A stretch of DNA of 64,000 nt, from assembly GCA_964016885.1 (NCBI GenBank), contig OZ024743.1, forward strand, positions 373,736,001 to 373,800,000. Reading direction: 5' to 3'. The notes beneath the pieces are model-generated. The model saw only the letters and a list, made by a program, of their open reading frames with translations, made no database searches and had not been told where the DNA came from. The translations under genes were made by a program, and so were the position numbers. The stretch comes from Eledone cirrhosa. Taxonomy: Eukaryota. The stretch's first letter is position 1. Every line of letters begins with the position of its first letter. Shown here piece after piece: positions 38,001 to 52,100 of the stretch.

Positions 38001-41000
38001 TGTAGTGGACAGTGACGTTGGCTTGGGGAGGGCTTCATCTTGTAGTGGACAGTGATGTTGGCTTGGGGAGGGCTTCATCTTGTAGTGGACAGTGATGTTG
38101 GCTTGGGGAGGGCTTCTCTTGTAATGGACAGTGACGTTGGCTTGGGGAGGGCTTCATCTCGTACTGGACAGTGACGTTGGCTTGGGGAGGGCTTCATCTT
38201 GTAGTGGACAGTGACGTTGGCTTGGGGAGGAGTTCATCTTGTAGTGGACAGTGACGTTTGCTTGGGGAGGACTTCTCTTGTAATGGACAGTGACGTTGGC
38301 TTGGGGAGGGCTTCATCTTGTAGTGGACAGTGACGTTGGCTTGGGGAGGGCTTCATCTTGTAGTGGACAGTGATGTTGGCTTGGGGAGGACTTCCTCTTG
38401 TAGTAGACAGTGACGTTGGCTTGGGGAGGAGTTCATCTTGTAGTGGACAGTGACGTTGGCTTGGGGAGGGCTTCCTCTTGTAGTGGACAGTGACGTTGGC
38501 TTGTGGAGGGCTTCATCTTGTAGTGGACAGTGATGTTGGCTTGGGGAGGAATTCCTCTTGTAGTAGACAGTGACGTTGGCTTGGGGAGGAGTTCATCTTG
38601 TAGTGGACAGTGACGTTGGCTTGGGGAGGGCTTCCTCTTGTAGTGGACAGTGGCGTTGGCTTGTGGAGGGCTTTATCTTGTAGTGGACAGTGAAGTTGGC
38701 TTGGGGAGGACTTCCTCTTGTAGTGGACAGTGACGTTGGCTTGAGGAGGACTCCCTCTTTTAGTGGACAGTGATGTTGGCTTGGGGAGGACTTCCTCTTG
38801 TAGTGGACAGTGACGTCGGCTTGTGGAGGGCTTCATCTTGTAGTGGACAATGACGTTGGCTTGTGGAGGGCTTCATCTTGTAGTGGACAGTGACGTTGGC
38901 TTGAGGAGAACTTCCTCTTGTAGTGGACAGTGACGTTTGCTTGTGGAGGGCTTCATCTTGTAGTGGACAATGACGTTGGCTTGTGGAGGGCTTCATCTTG
39001 TAGTGGATAGTGACGTTGGCTTGGAGAGGACATCCTCTTGTAGTGGACAGTGACGTTGGCTTGGGGAGGAGTTCCTCTTGTAGTGGACAGTGACGTTGGC
39101 TTGTGGAGGGCTTCATCTTGTAGTGGACAGTGGCGTTGGCTTGGGGAGGACATCCTCTTGTAGTGGACATTGACGTTGGCTTGGGGAGGAGTTCCTCTTG
39201 TAGTGGACAGTGACGTTGGCTTGTGGAGGGCTTCATCTTGTAGTGGACAGTGGCGTTGGCTTGGGGAGGACATCCTCTTGTAGTGGACAGTGACGTTGGC
39301 TTGGGGAGGAGTTCCTCTTGTAGTGGACAGTGACGTTGGCTTGTGGAGGGCTTCATCTTGTAGTGGACAGTGACGTTGGCTCGGGGAGGACTTCCTCTTG
39401 TAGTGGACAGTGACGTTGGCTTGGGGAGGAGTTCATCTTGTAGTGGACAGTGACGTTGGCTTGAGGAGGGCTTAATCTTGTAGTGGACAGCGACGTTGGC
39501 TTGGGGAGGAGTTCCTCTTGTCGTGGACAGTGACGTTGGCTTGGGGAGGACTTCCTCTTGTAGTGGACAGTGACATTGGCTTGGGGAGGAGTTCCTCTTG
39601 TAGTGGACAGTGACGTTGGCTTGTGGAGGGCTTCATCTTGTAGTGGACAGTGACGTTGGCTCGGGGAGGACTTCCTCTTGTAGTGGACAGTGACGTTGGC
39701 TTGGGGAGGAGTTCATCTTGTAGTGGACAGTGACGTTGGCTTGAGGAGGGCTTCATCTTGTAGTGGACAGTGACGTTGGCTTGGGGAGGAGTTCCTCTTG
39801 TCGTGGACAGTGACGTTGGCTTGGGGAGGACATCCTCTTGTAGTGGACAGTGACATTGGCTTGGGGAGGAGTTCCTCTTGTAGTGGACAGTGACGTTGGC
39901 TTGTGGAGGGCTTCATCTTGTAGTGGACAGTGACGTTGGCTCGGGGAGGACTTCCTCTTGTAGTGGACAGTGACGTTGGCTTGGGGAGGAGTTCATCTTG
40001 TAGTGGACAGTGACGTTGGCTTGAGGAGGGCTTCATCTTGTAGTGGACAGTGACGTTAACTTGGGGAGGAGTTCATCTTGTAGTGGACAATGATGTTGGC
40101 TTGGGGAGGACTTCCTCTTGTCGTGGACAGTGACGTTGGCTTGGGGAGGATTCGTCTTGTAGTGGACAGTGACATTGGCTTGGGGAGGACTTCCTCTTGT
40201 AGTAGACAGCGACGTTGGCTTGTGGAGGGCTTCAAATTGTAGTGGACAGTGACGTTGGCTTGGGGGGAGTTCCTCTTGTAGTGGACAGTGACGTTGGCTT
40301 GGGGAGGACTTCCTCTTGTAGAGGACAGTGACGCTGGCTTGGGGAGGAGTTCATCTTGTAGTGGACAGTGATGTTGGCTTGTGGAGGAGTTCATCTTGTA
40401 GTGGACAGTGACGTTGGCTTTTGGAGGGCTTCATCTTGTAGTGGACAGTGACGTTGGCTTGTGGAGGGCTTCATCTTGTAGTGGACAGTGACGTTGGCTT
40501 GGGGAGGACTTCCTCTTGTAGAGGACAGTGACGCTGGCTTGGGAAGGAGTTCCTCTTGTAGTGGACAGTGACGTTGGCTTGGGGAGGACTTCTTCTTGTA
40601 GTGGACAGTAACGTTGGCTTGGGGAGGACTTCTCTTGTAATGGACAGTGACGTTGGCTTGTGGAGGGCTTCATCTTGTAGTGGACAGTGACGTTGGCTTG
40701 TGGAGGGCTTCATCTTGTAGTGGACAGTGACGTTGGCTTGGGGAGGGCTTCATCTTGTAGTGGACAGTGACGTTGGCTTTTGGAGGGCTTCATCTTGTAG
40801 TGGACAGTGACGTTGGCTTGTGGAGGGCTTCATCTTGTAGTGGACAGTGACGTTGGTTTGGGGAGGACTTCCTCTTGTAGTGGACAGTGACGCTGGCTTG
40901 GGAAGGAGTTCCTCTTGTAGTGGACAGTGACGTTGGCTTGGGGAGGACTCCCTCTTGTAGTGGACAGTGACCTTGGCTTGGGGAGGCCTTCATCTTGTAG

Positions 41001-41045
41001 TGGACAGTGACGTTGGCTTGTGGAGGACTTCATCTTGTAACGGAC
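32090..41045 (+). repeat. Three tandem copies of a ~2.84-3.07-kb higher-order unit (~71-monomer core)
   Basis: CTCGTACTGG at ~32247, ~35202, ~38158; GACGTCGG at ~33020, ~35856, ~38812; TAGCGGAC/TAACGGAC at ~35007, ~37963, ~41038. ORF offsets are 2836, 2956 and 3075. Confidence 0.92.
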
Positions 41046-41069
41046 AGTGACGTTGGCTTGTGGAGGGCT

Positions 41070-44000
41070 TCAAATTGTAGTGGACAGTGACGTTGGCTGG
41101 GGGCAGGAGTTCCTCTTGTAGTGGACAGTGACGTTGGCTTGGGGAGGAGTTCCTCTTGTAGTGGACAGTGACGTTGGCTTGTGGAGGGCTTCATCTTGTA
41201 GTGGACAGTGACGTTGACTTGGGGAGGAGTTCATCTTGTAGTGGACAGTGACATTGGCTCGTGGAGGGCTTCATATTGTAGTGGACAGTGACGTTGGCTT
41301 GGGGAGGACTTCCTCTTGTAGTGGACAGTGACGTTGGCTTGGGGAGGACTTCCTCTTGTAGTGGACAGTGACGTTGGCTTGGGGAGGAGTTCATCTTGTA
41401 GTGGACAGTGATGTTGGCTTGTGGAGGGCTTCATCTTGTAGTGGACAGTGATGTTGGCTTGGGGAGGAGTTCATCTTGTAGTGGACAGTGACGTTGGCTT
41501 GTGGAGGGCTTCATCTTGTAGTGGATAGTGACGTTGGCTTGGGGAGGAGTTCCTCTTTTAGTGGACAGTGACGTTGGCTTGTGGAGGGCTACATCTTGAA
41601 GTGGACAGTGGCGTTGGCTTGGGGAGGACATCCTCTTGTAGTGGACAGTGAAGTTGGCTTGGGGAGCATTTTCTCTTGTAGTGGACAGTGACGTTGGCTT
41701 GTGGAGGGCTTCATCTTGTAGTGGACAGTGACGTTGACTTGGGGAGGAGTTCATCTTGTAGTGGACAATGACGTTGGCTTGGGGAGGACTTCCTTTTGTC
41801 GTGGACAGTGACGTTGACTTGGGGAGGACTTCCTCTTGTAGTGGACAATGACGTTGGCTTGGGGAGGACTTCCTCTTGTAGTAGACAGCGACGTTGGCTT
41901 GTGGAGGGCTTCAAATTGTAGTGGACAGTGACGTTGGCTTGGGGAGGACTTCCTCTTGTAGTAGACAGCGACGTTGGCTTGTGGAGGGCTTCAAATTGTA
42001 GTGGACAGTGACGTTGGCTGGGGGCAGGAGTTCCTCTTGTAGTGGACAGTGACGTTGGCTTGGGGAGGACTTCCTCTTGTAGTGGACAGTGACGTTGGCT
42101 TGTGGAGGAGTTCATCTTGTAGTGGACAGTGATGTTGGCTTGGGGAGGGCTTCATCTTGTAGTGGACCGTGACGTTGGCTTGTGGAGGGCTTCATATTGT
42201 AGTGGACACTGACGTTGGCTTGGGGAGGACTTCCTCTTGTAGTGGACAGTGACGTTGGCTTGGGGAGGACTTCCTCTTGTAGTGGAGAGTGACGTTGGCT
42301 TGGGGAGGGCTTCATCTTGTAGTGGACAGTGACGTTGGCTTGTGGAGGGCTTCATCTTGTAGTGGACAGTGACGTTGGCTTGGGGAGGAGTTCCTCTTGT
42401 AGTGAACATTGACGTTGGCTTGTGGAGGGCTTCATCTTGTAGTGGACAGTGACGTTGGCTTGGGGAGGACTCCCTCTTGTAGTGGACAGTGACGTTGGCT
42501 TGGGGAGGCCTTCATCTTGTAGTGGACAGTGACGTTGGCTTGGGGAGGACTTCCTCTTGTAGTGGACAGTGACGTTGGCTTGGGGAGGGCTTCATCTTGT
42601 AGTGGACAGTGACGTTGGCTTGAGGAGGTCTTCATCTTGTAGTGGACAGTGACGTTAACTTGGGGAGGAGTTCATCTTGTAGTGGACAATGACGTTGGCT
42701 TGGGGAGGACTTCCTCTTGTCGTGGACAGTGACGTTGGCTTGGGGAGGACTTCGTCTTGTAGTGGACAGTGACATTGGCTTGGGGAGCACTTCCTCTTGT
42801 AGTAGACAGCGACGTTGGCTTGTGGAGGGCTTCAAATTGTAGTGGACAGTGACGTTGGCTTGGGGGCAGTTCCTCTTGTAGTGGACACTGACGTTGGCTT
42901 GGGGAGGACTTCCTCTTGTAGTGGACAGTGACGTTGGCTTGGGGAGGACTTCCTCTTGTAGTGGACAGTGACGCTGGCTTGGGGAGGAGTTCATCTTGTA
43001 GTGGACAGTGATGTTGGCTTGTGGAGGAGTTCATCTTGTAGTGGACAGTGACGTTGGCTTTTGGAGGGCTTCATCTTGTAGTGGACAGTGACGTTGGCTT
43101 GTGGAGGGCTTCATCTTGTAGTGGACAGTGACGTTGGCTTGGGGAGGACTTCCTCTTGTAGAGGACAGTGACGCTGGCTTGGGAAGGAGTTCCTCTTGTA
43201 GTGGACAGTGACGTTGGCTTGGGGAGGACTTCTTCTTGTAGTGGACAGTAACGTTGGCTTGGGGAGGACTTCTCTTGTAATGGACAGTGACGTTGGCTTG
43301 TGGAGGGCTTCATCTTGTAGTGGACAGTGACGTTGGCTTGTGGAGGGCTTCATCTTGTAGTGGACAGTGACGTTGGCTTGGGGAGGGCTTCATCTTGTAG
43401 TGGACAGTGACGTTGGCTTTTGGAGGGCTTCATCTTGTAGTGGACAGTGACGTTGGCTTGTGGAGGGCTTCATCTTGTAGTGGACAGTGACGTTGGTTTG
43501 GGAAAGAGTTCCTCTTGTAGTGGTCAGTGACGTTGGCTTGGGGAGGACTCCCTCTTGTAGTGGACAGTGACCTTGGCTTGGGGAGGCCTTCATCTTGTAG
43601 TGGACAGTGACGTTGGCTTGTGGAGGACATCATCTTGTAGTGGACAGTGACGTTGGCTTGGGAAGGAGTTCCTCTTGTAGTGGACAGTGACGTTGGCTTG
43701 TGGAGGGCTTCATCTTGTAGTGGACAGTGACGTTGGCTTGTGGAGGGCTTCATCTTGAAGTGGACAGTGGCGTTGGCTTGGGGAGGACATCCTCTTGTAG
43801 TGGATAGTGACGTTGGCTTGGGGAGGAGTTCCTCTTTTAGTGGACAGTGACGTTGGCTTGTGGAGGGCTTCATCTTGAAGTGGACAGTGGCGTTGGCTTG
43901 GGGAGGACATCCTCTTGTAGTGGACATGAAGTTGGCTTGGGGAGCATTTCCTCTTGTAGTGGACAGTGACGTTGGCTTGTGGAGGGCTTCATCTTGTAGT

Positions 44001-45800
44001 GGACAGTGACGTTGACTTGGGGAGGAGTTCATCTTGTAGTGGACAATGACGTTGGCTTGGGGAGGACTTCCTTTTGTCGTGGACAGTGACGTTGACTTGG
44101 GGAGGACTTCCTCTTGTAGTGGACAATGACGTTGGCTTGGGGAGGACTTCCTCTTGTAGTAGACAGCGACGTTGGCTTGTGGAGGGCTTCAAATTGTAGT
44201 GGACAGTGACGTTGGCTGGGGGCAGGAGTTCCTCTTGTAGTGGACAGTGACGTTGGCTTGGGGAGGAGTTCCTCTTGTAGTGGACAGTGACGTTGGCTTG
44301 TGGAGGGCTTCATCTTGTAGTGGACAGTGACGTTGACTTGGGGAGGAGTTCATCTTGTAGTGGACAGTGACGTTGGCTTGGGGAGGGCTTCATCTTGTAG
44401 TGGACAGTGACGTTGGCTTGGGGAGGGCTTCATCTTGTAGTGGACAGTGGCATTGGCTCGTGGAGGGCTTCATATTGTAGTGGACAGTGACGTTGGCTTG
44501 GGGAGGACTTCCTCTTGTAGTGGACAGTGACGTTGGCTTGGGGAGGACTTCCTCTTGTAGTGGACAGTGACGTTGGCTTGGGGAGGAGTTCATCTTGTAG
44601 TGGACAGTGATGTTGGTTTGTGGAGGGCTTCATCTTGTAGTGGACATTGATGTTGGCTTGGGGAGGAGTTCATCTTGTAGTGGACAGTGACGTTGGCTTG
44701 TGGAGGGCTTCATCTTGTAGTGGATAGTGACGTTGGCTTGGGGAGGAGTTCCTCTTTTAGTGGACAGTGACGTTGGCTTGTGGAGGGCTTCATCTTGAAG
44801 TGGACAGTGGCGTTGGCTTGGGGAGGACATCCTCTTGTAGTGGACAGTGAAGTTGGCTTGGGGAGCATTTTCTCTTGTAGTGGACAGTGACGTTGGCTTG
44901 TGGAGGGCTTCATCTTGTAGTGGACAGTGACGTTGACTTGGGGAGGAGTTCATCTTGTAGTGGACAATGACGTTGGCTTGGGGAGGACTTCCTTTTGTCG
45001 TGGACAGTGACGTTGACTTGGGGAGGACTTCCTCTTGTAGTGGACAATGACGTTGGCTTGGGGAGGACTTCCTCTTGTAGTAGACAGCGACGTTGGCTTG
45101 TGGAGGGCTTCAAATTGTAGTGGACAGTGACGTTGGCTTGGGGAGGACTTCCTCTTGTAGTAGACAGCGACGTTGGCTTGTGGAGGGCTTCAAATTGTAG
45201 TGGACAGTGACGTTGGCTGGGGGCAGGAGTTCCTCTTGTAGTGGACAGTGACGTTGGCTTGGGGAGGACTTCCTCTTGTAGTGGACAGTGACGTTGGCTT
45301 GTGGAGGAGTTCATCTTGTAGTGGACAGTGATGTTGGCTTGGGGAGGGCTTCATCTCGTAGTGGACCGTGACGTTGGCTTGTGGAGGGCTTCATATTGTA
45401 GTGGACACTGACGTTGGCTTGGGGAGGACTTCCTCTTGTAGTGGACAGTGACGTTGGCTTGGGGAGGACTTCCTCTTGTAGTGGAGAGTGACGTTGGCTT
45501 GGGGAGGGCTTCATCTTGTAGTGGACAGTGACGTTGGCTTGTGGAGGGCTTCATCTTGTAGTGGACAGTGACGTTGGCTTGGGGAGGAGTTCCTCTTGTA
45601 GTGAACATTGACGTTGGCTTGTGGAGGGCTTCATCTTGTAGTGGACAGTGACGTTGGCTTGGGGAGGACTCCCTCTTGTAGTGGACAGTGACGTTGGCTT
45701 GGGGAGGCCTTCATCTTGTAGTGGACAGTGACGTTGGCTTGGGGAGGACTTCCTCTTGTAGTGGACAGTGACGTTGGCTTGGGGAGGGCTTCATCTTGTA
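41070..45800 (+). repeat. ~1.5-kb block (~41.07-42.6 kb) duplicated non-adjacently at ~44.2-45.8 kb, offset ~3,199 bp
   Basis: ORF offset 3199 (41191>44390, 41711>44910, 42112>45311, 42432>45631). Markers include GGCTCGTGG, GGAGCATTTT, GGAGAGTGAC and GTGAACATTG. Confidence 0.85.
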
Positions 45801-48800
45801 GTGGACAGTGACGTTGGCTTGTGGAGGGCTTCATCTTGTAGTGGACAGTGATGTTGGCTTGGGGAGGAGTTCCTCTTGTAGTGAACATTGACGTTGGCTT
45901 GTGGAGGGCTTCATCTTGTAGTGGACAGTGACGTTGGCTTGGGAAGGCCTTCATCTTGTAGTGGACAGTGACGTTGGCTTGGGGTGGACTTCCTCTTGTA
46001 GTGGACAGTAACATTGGCTTGGGGAGGACTTCCTCTTGTAGTAGACAGCGACGTTGGCTTGTGGAGGGCTTCAAATTGTAGTGAACATTGACGTTGGCTT
46101 GTGGAGGGCTTCATCTTGTAGTGGACAGTGACGTTGGCTTGGGGAGGAGTTCATCTTGTAGTGGACAGTGACGTTGGCTTGGGGAGGAGTTCATCTTGTA
46201 GTGAACATTGACGTTGGCTTGTGGAGGGCTTCATCTTGTAGTGGACAATGGCGTTGGCTTGGGGAGGGCTTCCTCTTGTCGTGGACAGTGACGTTGGCTT
46301 GGGGAGGACTTCCTCTTGTAGTGGACAGCGACGTTGGCTTGTGGAGGGCTTCAAATTGTAGTGGACAATGACGTTGGCTTGGGGAGGACTTCCTCTTGTC
46401 GTGGACAGTGACGTTGGCTTGGGCAGGAGTTCCTCTTGTAGTGGACAGTGACGTTGGCTTGGGAAGGACTTCCTCTTGTAGTGGACAGTGACGTTGGCTT
46501 GTGGAGGGCTTCATCTTGTAGTGGACAGTGACGTTGGCTTGGGGAGGACTTCCTCTTGTAGTGGACAGTGGCATTGGCTTGGGGAGGGCTTCAAATTGTA
46601 GTGGACAGTGACGTTGGCTTGGGGAGGACTTCCTCTTGTAGTGGACAGTGGCATTGGCTTGGGGAGGGCTTCATCTTGTAGTGGACAGTGACGTTGGCTT
46701 GGGCAGGAGTTCATCTTGTAGTGGACAGTGACGTTGGCTTGAGGAGGGCATCATCTTGTAGTGGACAGTGACGTTGACTTGGGGAGGAGTTCATCTTGTA
46801 GTGGACAATGACGTTGGCTTGGGGAGGACTTCCTCTTGTCGTGGACAGTGACGTTGGCTTGGGGAGGACTTCCTCTTGTAGTGGACAGTGACATTGGCTT
46901 GGGGAGGACTTCCTCTTGTAGTAGACAGCGACGTTGGCTTGGGGAGGAGTTCCTCTTGTAGTGGACACTGACGTTGGCTTGGGGAGGAGTTCCTCTTGTA
47001 GTGGACACTGACGTTGGCTTGGGGAGGACTTCCTCTTGTAGTGGACAGTGACGTTGGCTTGGGGAGGAGTTCCTCTTGTAGTGGACACTGACGTTGGCTT
47101 GGGGAGGACTTCCTCTTGTAGTGGACAGTGACGTTGGCTTGGGGAGGAGTTCCTCTTGTAGTGGACACTGACGTTGGCTTGGGGAGGACTTCCTCTTGTA
47201 GTGGACAGTGACATTGGCTTGGGGAGGAGTTCATCTTGTAGTGGACAGTGACGTTGGCTTGGGGAGGACTTCTTCTTGTAGTGGACAGTGACGTTGGCTT
47301 GGGGAGGACTTCTCTTGTAATGGACAGTGACGTTGGCTTGTGGAGGGCTTCATCTTGTAGTGGACAGTGACGTTGGCTTGGGGAGGACTTCCTCTTGTAG
47401 TGGACAGTGACGTTGGCTTGGGGAGGAGTTCATCTTGTAGTGGACAGTGACGTTGGCTTGTGGAGGGCTTCATCTTGTAGTGGACAGTGACGTTGGCTTT
47501 TGGAGGGCTTCATCTTGTAGTGGACAGTGACGTTGGCTTGTGGAGGGCTTCATCTTGTAGTGGACAGTGACGTTGGCTTGTGGAGGGCTTCATCTTGTAG
47601 TGGACAGTGACGTTGGCTTGTGGAGGACTTCCTCTTGTAGAGGACAGTGACGCTGGCTTGGGAAGGAGTTCCTCTTGTAGTGGACAGTGACGTTGGCTTG
47701 GGGAGGACTTCTTCTTGTAGTGGACAGTGACGTTGGCTTGGGGAGGACTTCTCTTGTAATGGACAGTGACGTTGGCTTGTGGAGGGCTTCATCTTGTAGT
47801 GGACAGTGATGTTGGCTTGGGGAGGAGTTCATCTTGTAGTGGACAGTGACGTTGGCTTGAGGAGGGCTTCATCTTGTAGTGGACAGTGACGTTGGCTTGT
47901 GGAGGGCTTCATCTTGTAGTGGACAGTGACGTTGGCTTTTGGAGGGCTTCATCTTGTAGTGGACAGTGACGTTGGCTTGTGGAGGGCTTCATCTTGTAGT
48001 GGACAGTGACGTTGGCTTGTGGAGGGCTTCATCATGTAGTGGACCGTGACGTTTGCTTGTGGAGGGCTTCATCTTGTAGTGGACAGTGACGTTGGCTTGT
48101 GGAGGGCTTCATCTTGTAGTGGACAATGACGTTGGCTTGTGCAGGAGTTCCTCTTGTAGTGGACAGTGACGTTGGCTTGGGGAGGAGTTCCTGTTGTAGT
48201 GGACAGTGACGTTGGCTTGGGGAGGACTCCCTCTTGTAGTGGACAGTGACGTTGGCTTGGGGAGGACATCCTCTTGTAGTGGACAGTGACATTGGCTTGG
48301 GGAGGACTTACTCTTGTAGTGGACAGTGACGTTGGCTTGTGGAGGGCTTCATCTTGTAGTGGACGGTGACGTTGACTTGGGGAGGAGTTCATCTTGTAGT
48401 GGACAGTGAAGTTGGCTTGGGGAGGATTTCCTCTTGTAGTGGACAGTGACGTTGGCTTGTGGAGGGCTTCATCTTGTAGTGGACAGTGACGTTGACTTGG
48501 GGAGGAGTTCATCTTGTAGTGGACAATGACGTTGGCTTGGGGAGGACTTCCTTTTGTCGTGGACAGTGACGTTGACTTGGGGAGGACTTCCTCTTTTAGT
48601 GGACAGTGACGTTGGCTTGTGGAGGGCTTCATCTTGTAGTGGACAGTGATGTTGGCTTGGGGAGGAGTTCATCTTGTAGTGGACAGTGACGTTGGCTTGT
48701 GGAGGGCTTCATATTGTAGTGGACAGTGACGTTGGCTTGGGGAGGACTTCCTCTTGTAGTGGACAGTGACGTTGGCTTGGGGAGGAGTTCATTCTGTAGT

Positions 48801-49110
48801 GGACAGAGGTGTTGGCTTGTGGAGGAGTTCATCTTGTAGTGGACAGTGACGTTGGCTTTTGGAGGGCTTCATCTTGTAGTGGACAGTGACGTTGGCTTGT
48901 GGAGGACTTCCTCTTGTAGAGGACAGTGACGCTGGCTTGGGAAGGAGTTCCTCTTGTAGTGGACAGTGACGTTGGCTTGGGGAGGACTTCTCTTGTAATG
49001 GACAGTGACGTTGGCTTGTGGAGGGCTTCATCTTGTAGTGGACAGTGATGTTGGCTTGGGGAGGAGTTCATCTTGTAGTGGACAGTGACGTTGGCTTTTG
49101 GAGGGCTTCA

Positions 49111-52100
49111 TCTTGTAGTGGACAGTGACGTTGGCTTGTGGAGGGCTTCATCTTGTAGTGGACAGTGACGTTGGCTTTTGGAGGGCTTCATCTTGTAGTG
49201 GACAGTGACGTTGGCTTGTGGAGGGCTGCATCTTGTAGTGGACAGTGACGTTGACTTGTGGAGGGCTTCATCTTGTAGTGGACAGTGACGTTTGCTTGTG
49301 GAGGGCTTCATCTTGTAGTGGACAGTGACGTTGGCTTGTGGAGGGCTTCATCTTGTAGTGGACAATGACGTTGGCTTGGGCAGGAGTTCCTCTTGTAGTG
49401 GACAGTGACGTTGGCTTGTAGAGGACTTCCTCTTGTAGTGGACAGTGACGTTGACTTGTGGAGGGCTTCATCTTGTAGTGGACAGTGACGTTGGCTTGGG
49501 GAGGGCTTCATCTTGTAGTGGACCGTGACGTTGGCTTGTGGAGGGCTTCATATTGTAGTGGACACTGACGTTGGCTTGGGGAGGACTTCCTCTTGTAGTG
49601 GACAGTGGCGTTGCCTTGGGGAGGGCTTCATCTTGTAGTGGACCGTGACGTTGGCTTGTGGAGGGCTTCATCTTGTAGTGGACAGTGGCATTGGCTTGGG
49701 GAGGGCTTCATCTTGTAGTGGACAGTGACGTTGGCTTGGGCAGGAGTTCATCTTGTAGTGGACAGTCACGTTGGCTTGGGGAGGACTTCCTCTTGTAGTA
49801 GACAGCGACGTTGGCTTGTGGAAGGTTTCAACTTGTAGTGGACAGTGACGTTGGCTTGGGGGAGGAGTTCCTCTTGTAGTGGACAGTGACGTTGGCTTGG
49901 GGGGAGTTTCTCTTGTAGTGGACAGTGACGTTGGCTTGGGGAGGACTTCCTATTGTAATGGACAGTGACGTTGGCTTGTGGAGGGCTTCATCTTGTAGTG
50001 GACAGTGTCGTTGGCTTGGGGAGGAGTTCCTCTTGTAGTGGACAGTGACGTTGGCTTGTGGAGGGCTTCATCTTGTAGTGGACAGTGACGTTGACTTGGG
50101 GAGGACTTCCTCTTGTAGTGGACAGTGACGTTGGCTTGGGGAGAAGTTCATCTTGTAGTTGACAGTGGCGTTGGCTTGTGGAGGGCTTCATCTTGTAGTG
50201 GATAGTGACGTTGGCTTGGGGAGGGCTTCATCTTGTAGTGGACAGTGACGTTGGCTTGGGGAGGACTTCCTCTTGTAGTGGACAGTGACGTTGGCTTGTG
50301 GAGGGCTTCATCTTGTAGTGGACAGTGACGTTGGCTTGGGGAGGGCTTCATCTTGTAGTGGACAGTGACGTTGGCTTGGGGAGGAGTTCCTCTTATATTG
50401 GACACTGACGTTGGATGGGGTGGGCTTCATCTTGTAGTGGACAGTGACGTTGGCTTGGGGAGGAGTTCCTCTTGTAGTGGACAGTGACGTTGGCTTGGGG
50501 AGGACTCCCTCTTGTAGTGGACAGTGACCTTGGCTTGGGGAGGCCTTCATCTTGTAGTGGACAGTGACGTTGGCTTGTGGAGGACTTCCTCTTGTAGTGG
50601 ACAGTGACGTTGGCTTGAGGAGGGATTCATCTTGTAGTGGACAGTGACGTTGGCTTGGGCAGGAGTTCATCTTGTAGTGGACAGTGACGTTGGCTTGTGG
50701 AGGGCTTCATCTTGTAGTGGACAGTGTCGTTGGCTTGGAGAGGAGTTCCTATTGTAGTGGACAGTGACGTTTGCTTGTGGAGGGCTTCATCTTGTAGTGG
50801 TCAGTGACGTTGGCTTGTGGAGGGCTTCATCTTGTAGTGGACAGTGACGTTGGCTTGAGGAGGGATTCATCTTGTAGTGGACAGTGACGTTGGCTTGGGC
50901 AGGAGTTCCTCTTGTAGTGGACAGTGACGTTGGCTTGTGGAGGGCTTCATCTTGTAGTGGACAGTGACGTTGGCTTTTGGAGGGCTTCATCTTGTAGTGG
51001 ACAGTGACGTTGGCTTGTGGAGGGCTGCATCTTGTAGTGGACAGTGACGTTGACTTGTGGAGGGCTTCATCTTGTAGTGGACAGTGACGTTTGCTTGTGG
51101 AGGGCTTCATCTTGTAGTGGACAGTGACGTTGGCTTGTGGAGGGCTTCATCTTGTAGTGGACAATGACGTTGGCTTGGGCAGGAGTTCCTCTTGTAGTGG
51201 ACAGTGACGTTGGCTTGTAGAGGACTTCCTCTTGTAGTGGACAGTGACGTTGACTTGTGGAGGGCTTCATCTTGTAGTGGACAGTGACGTTGGCTTGGGG
51301 AGGGCTTCATCTTGTAGTGGACCGTGACGTTGGCTTGTGGAGGGCTTCATATTGTAGTGGACACTGACGTTGGCTTGGGGAGGACTTCCTCTTGTAGTGG
51401 ACAGTGGCGTTGCCTTGGGGAGGGCTTCATCTTGTAGTGGACCGTGACGTTGGCTTGTGGAGGGCTTCATCTTGTAGTGGACAGTGGCATTGGCTTGGGG
51501 AGGGCTTCATCTTGTAGTGGACAGTGACGTTGGCTTGGGCAGGAGTTCATCTTGTAGTGGACAGTCACGTTGGCTTGGGGAGGACTTCCTCTTGTAGTAG
51601 ACAGCGACGTTGGCTTGTGGAAGGTTTCAACTTGTAGTGGACAGTGACGTTGGCTTGGGGGAGGAGTTCCTCTTGTAGTGGACAGTGACGTTGGCTTGGG
51701 GGGAGTTTCTCTTGTAGTGGACAGTGACGTTGGCTTGGGGAGGACTTCCTATTGTAATGGACAGTGACGTTGGCTTGTGGAGGGCTTCATCTTGTAGTGG
51801 ACAGTGTCGTTGGCTTGGGGAGGAGTTCCTCTTGTAGTGGACAGTGACGTTGGCTTGTGGAGGGCTTCATCTTGTAGTGGACAGTGACGTTGACTTGGGG
51901 AGGACTTCCTCTTGTAGTGGACAGTGACGTTGGCTTGGGGAGAAGTTCATCTTGTAGTTGACAGTGGCGTTGGCTTGTGGAGGGCTTCATCTTGTAGTGG
52001 ATAGTGACGTTGGCTTGGGGAGGGCTTCATCTTGTAGTGGACAGTGACGTTGGCTTGGGGAGGACTTCCTCTTGTAGTGGACAGTGACGTTGGCTTGTGG

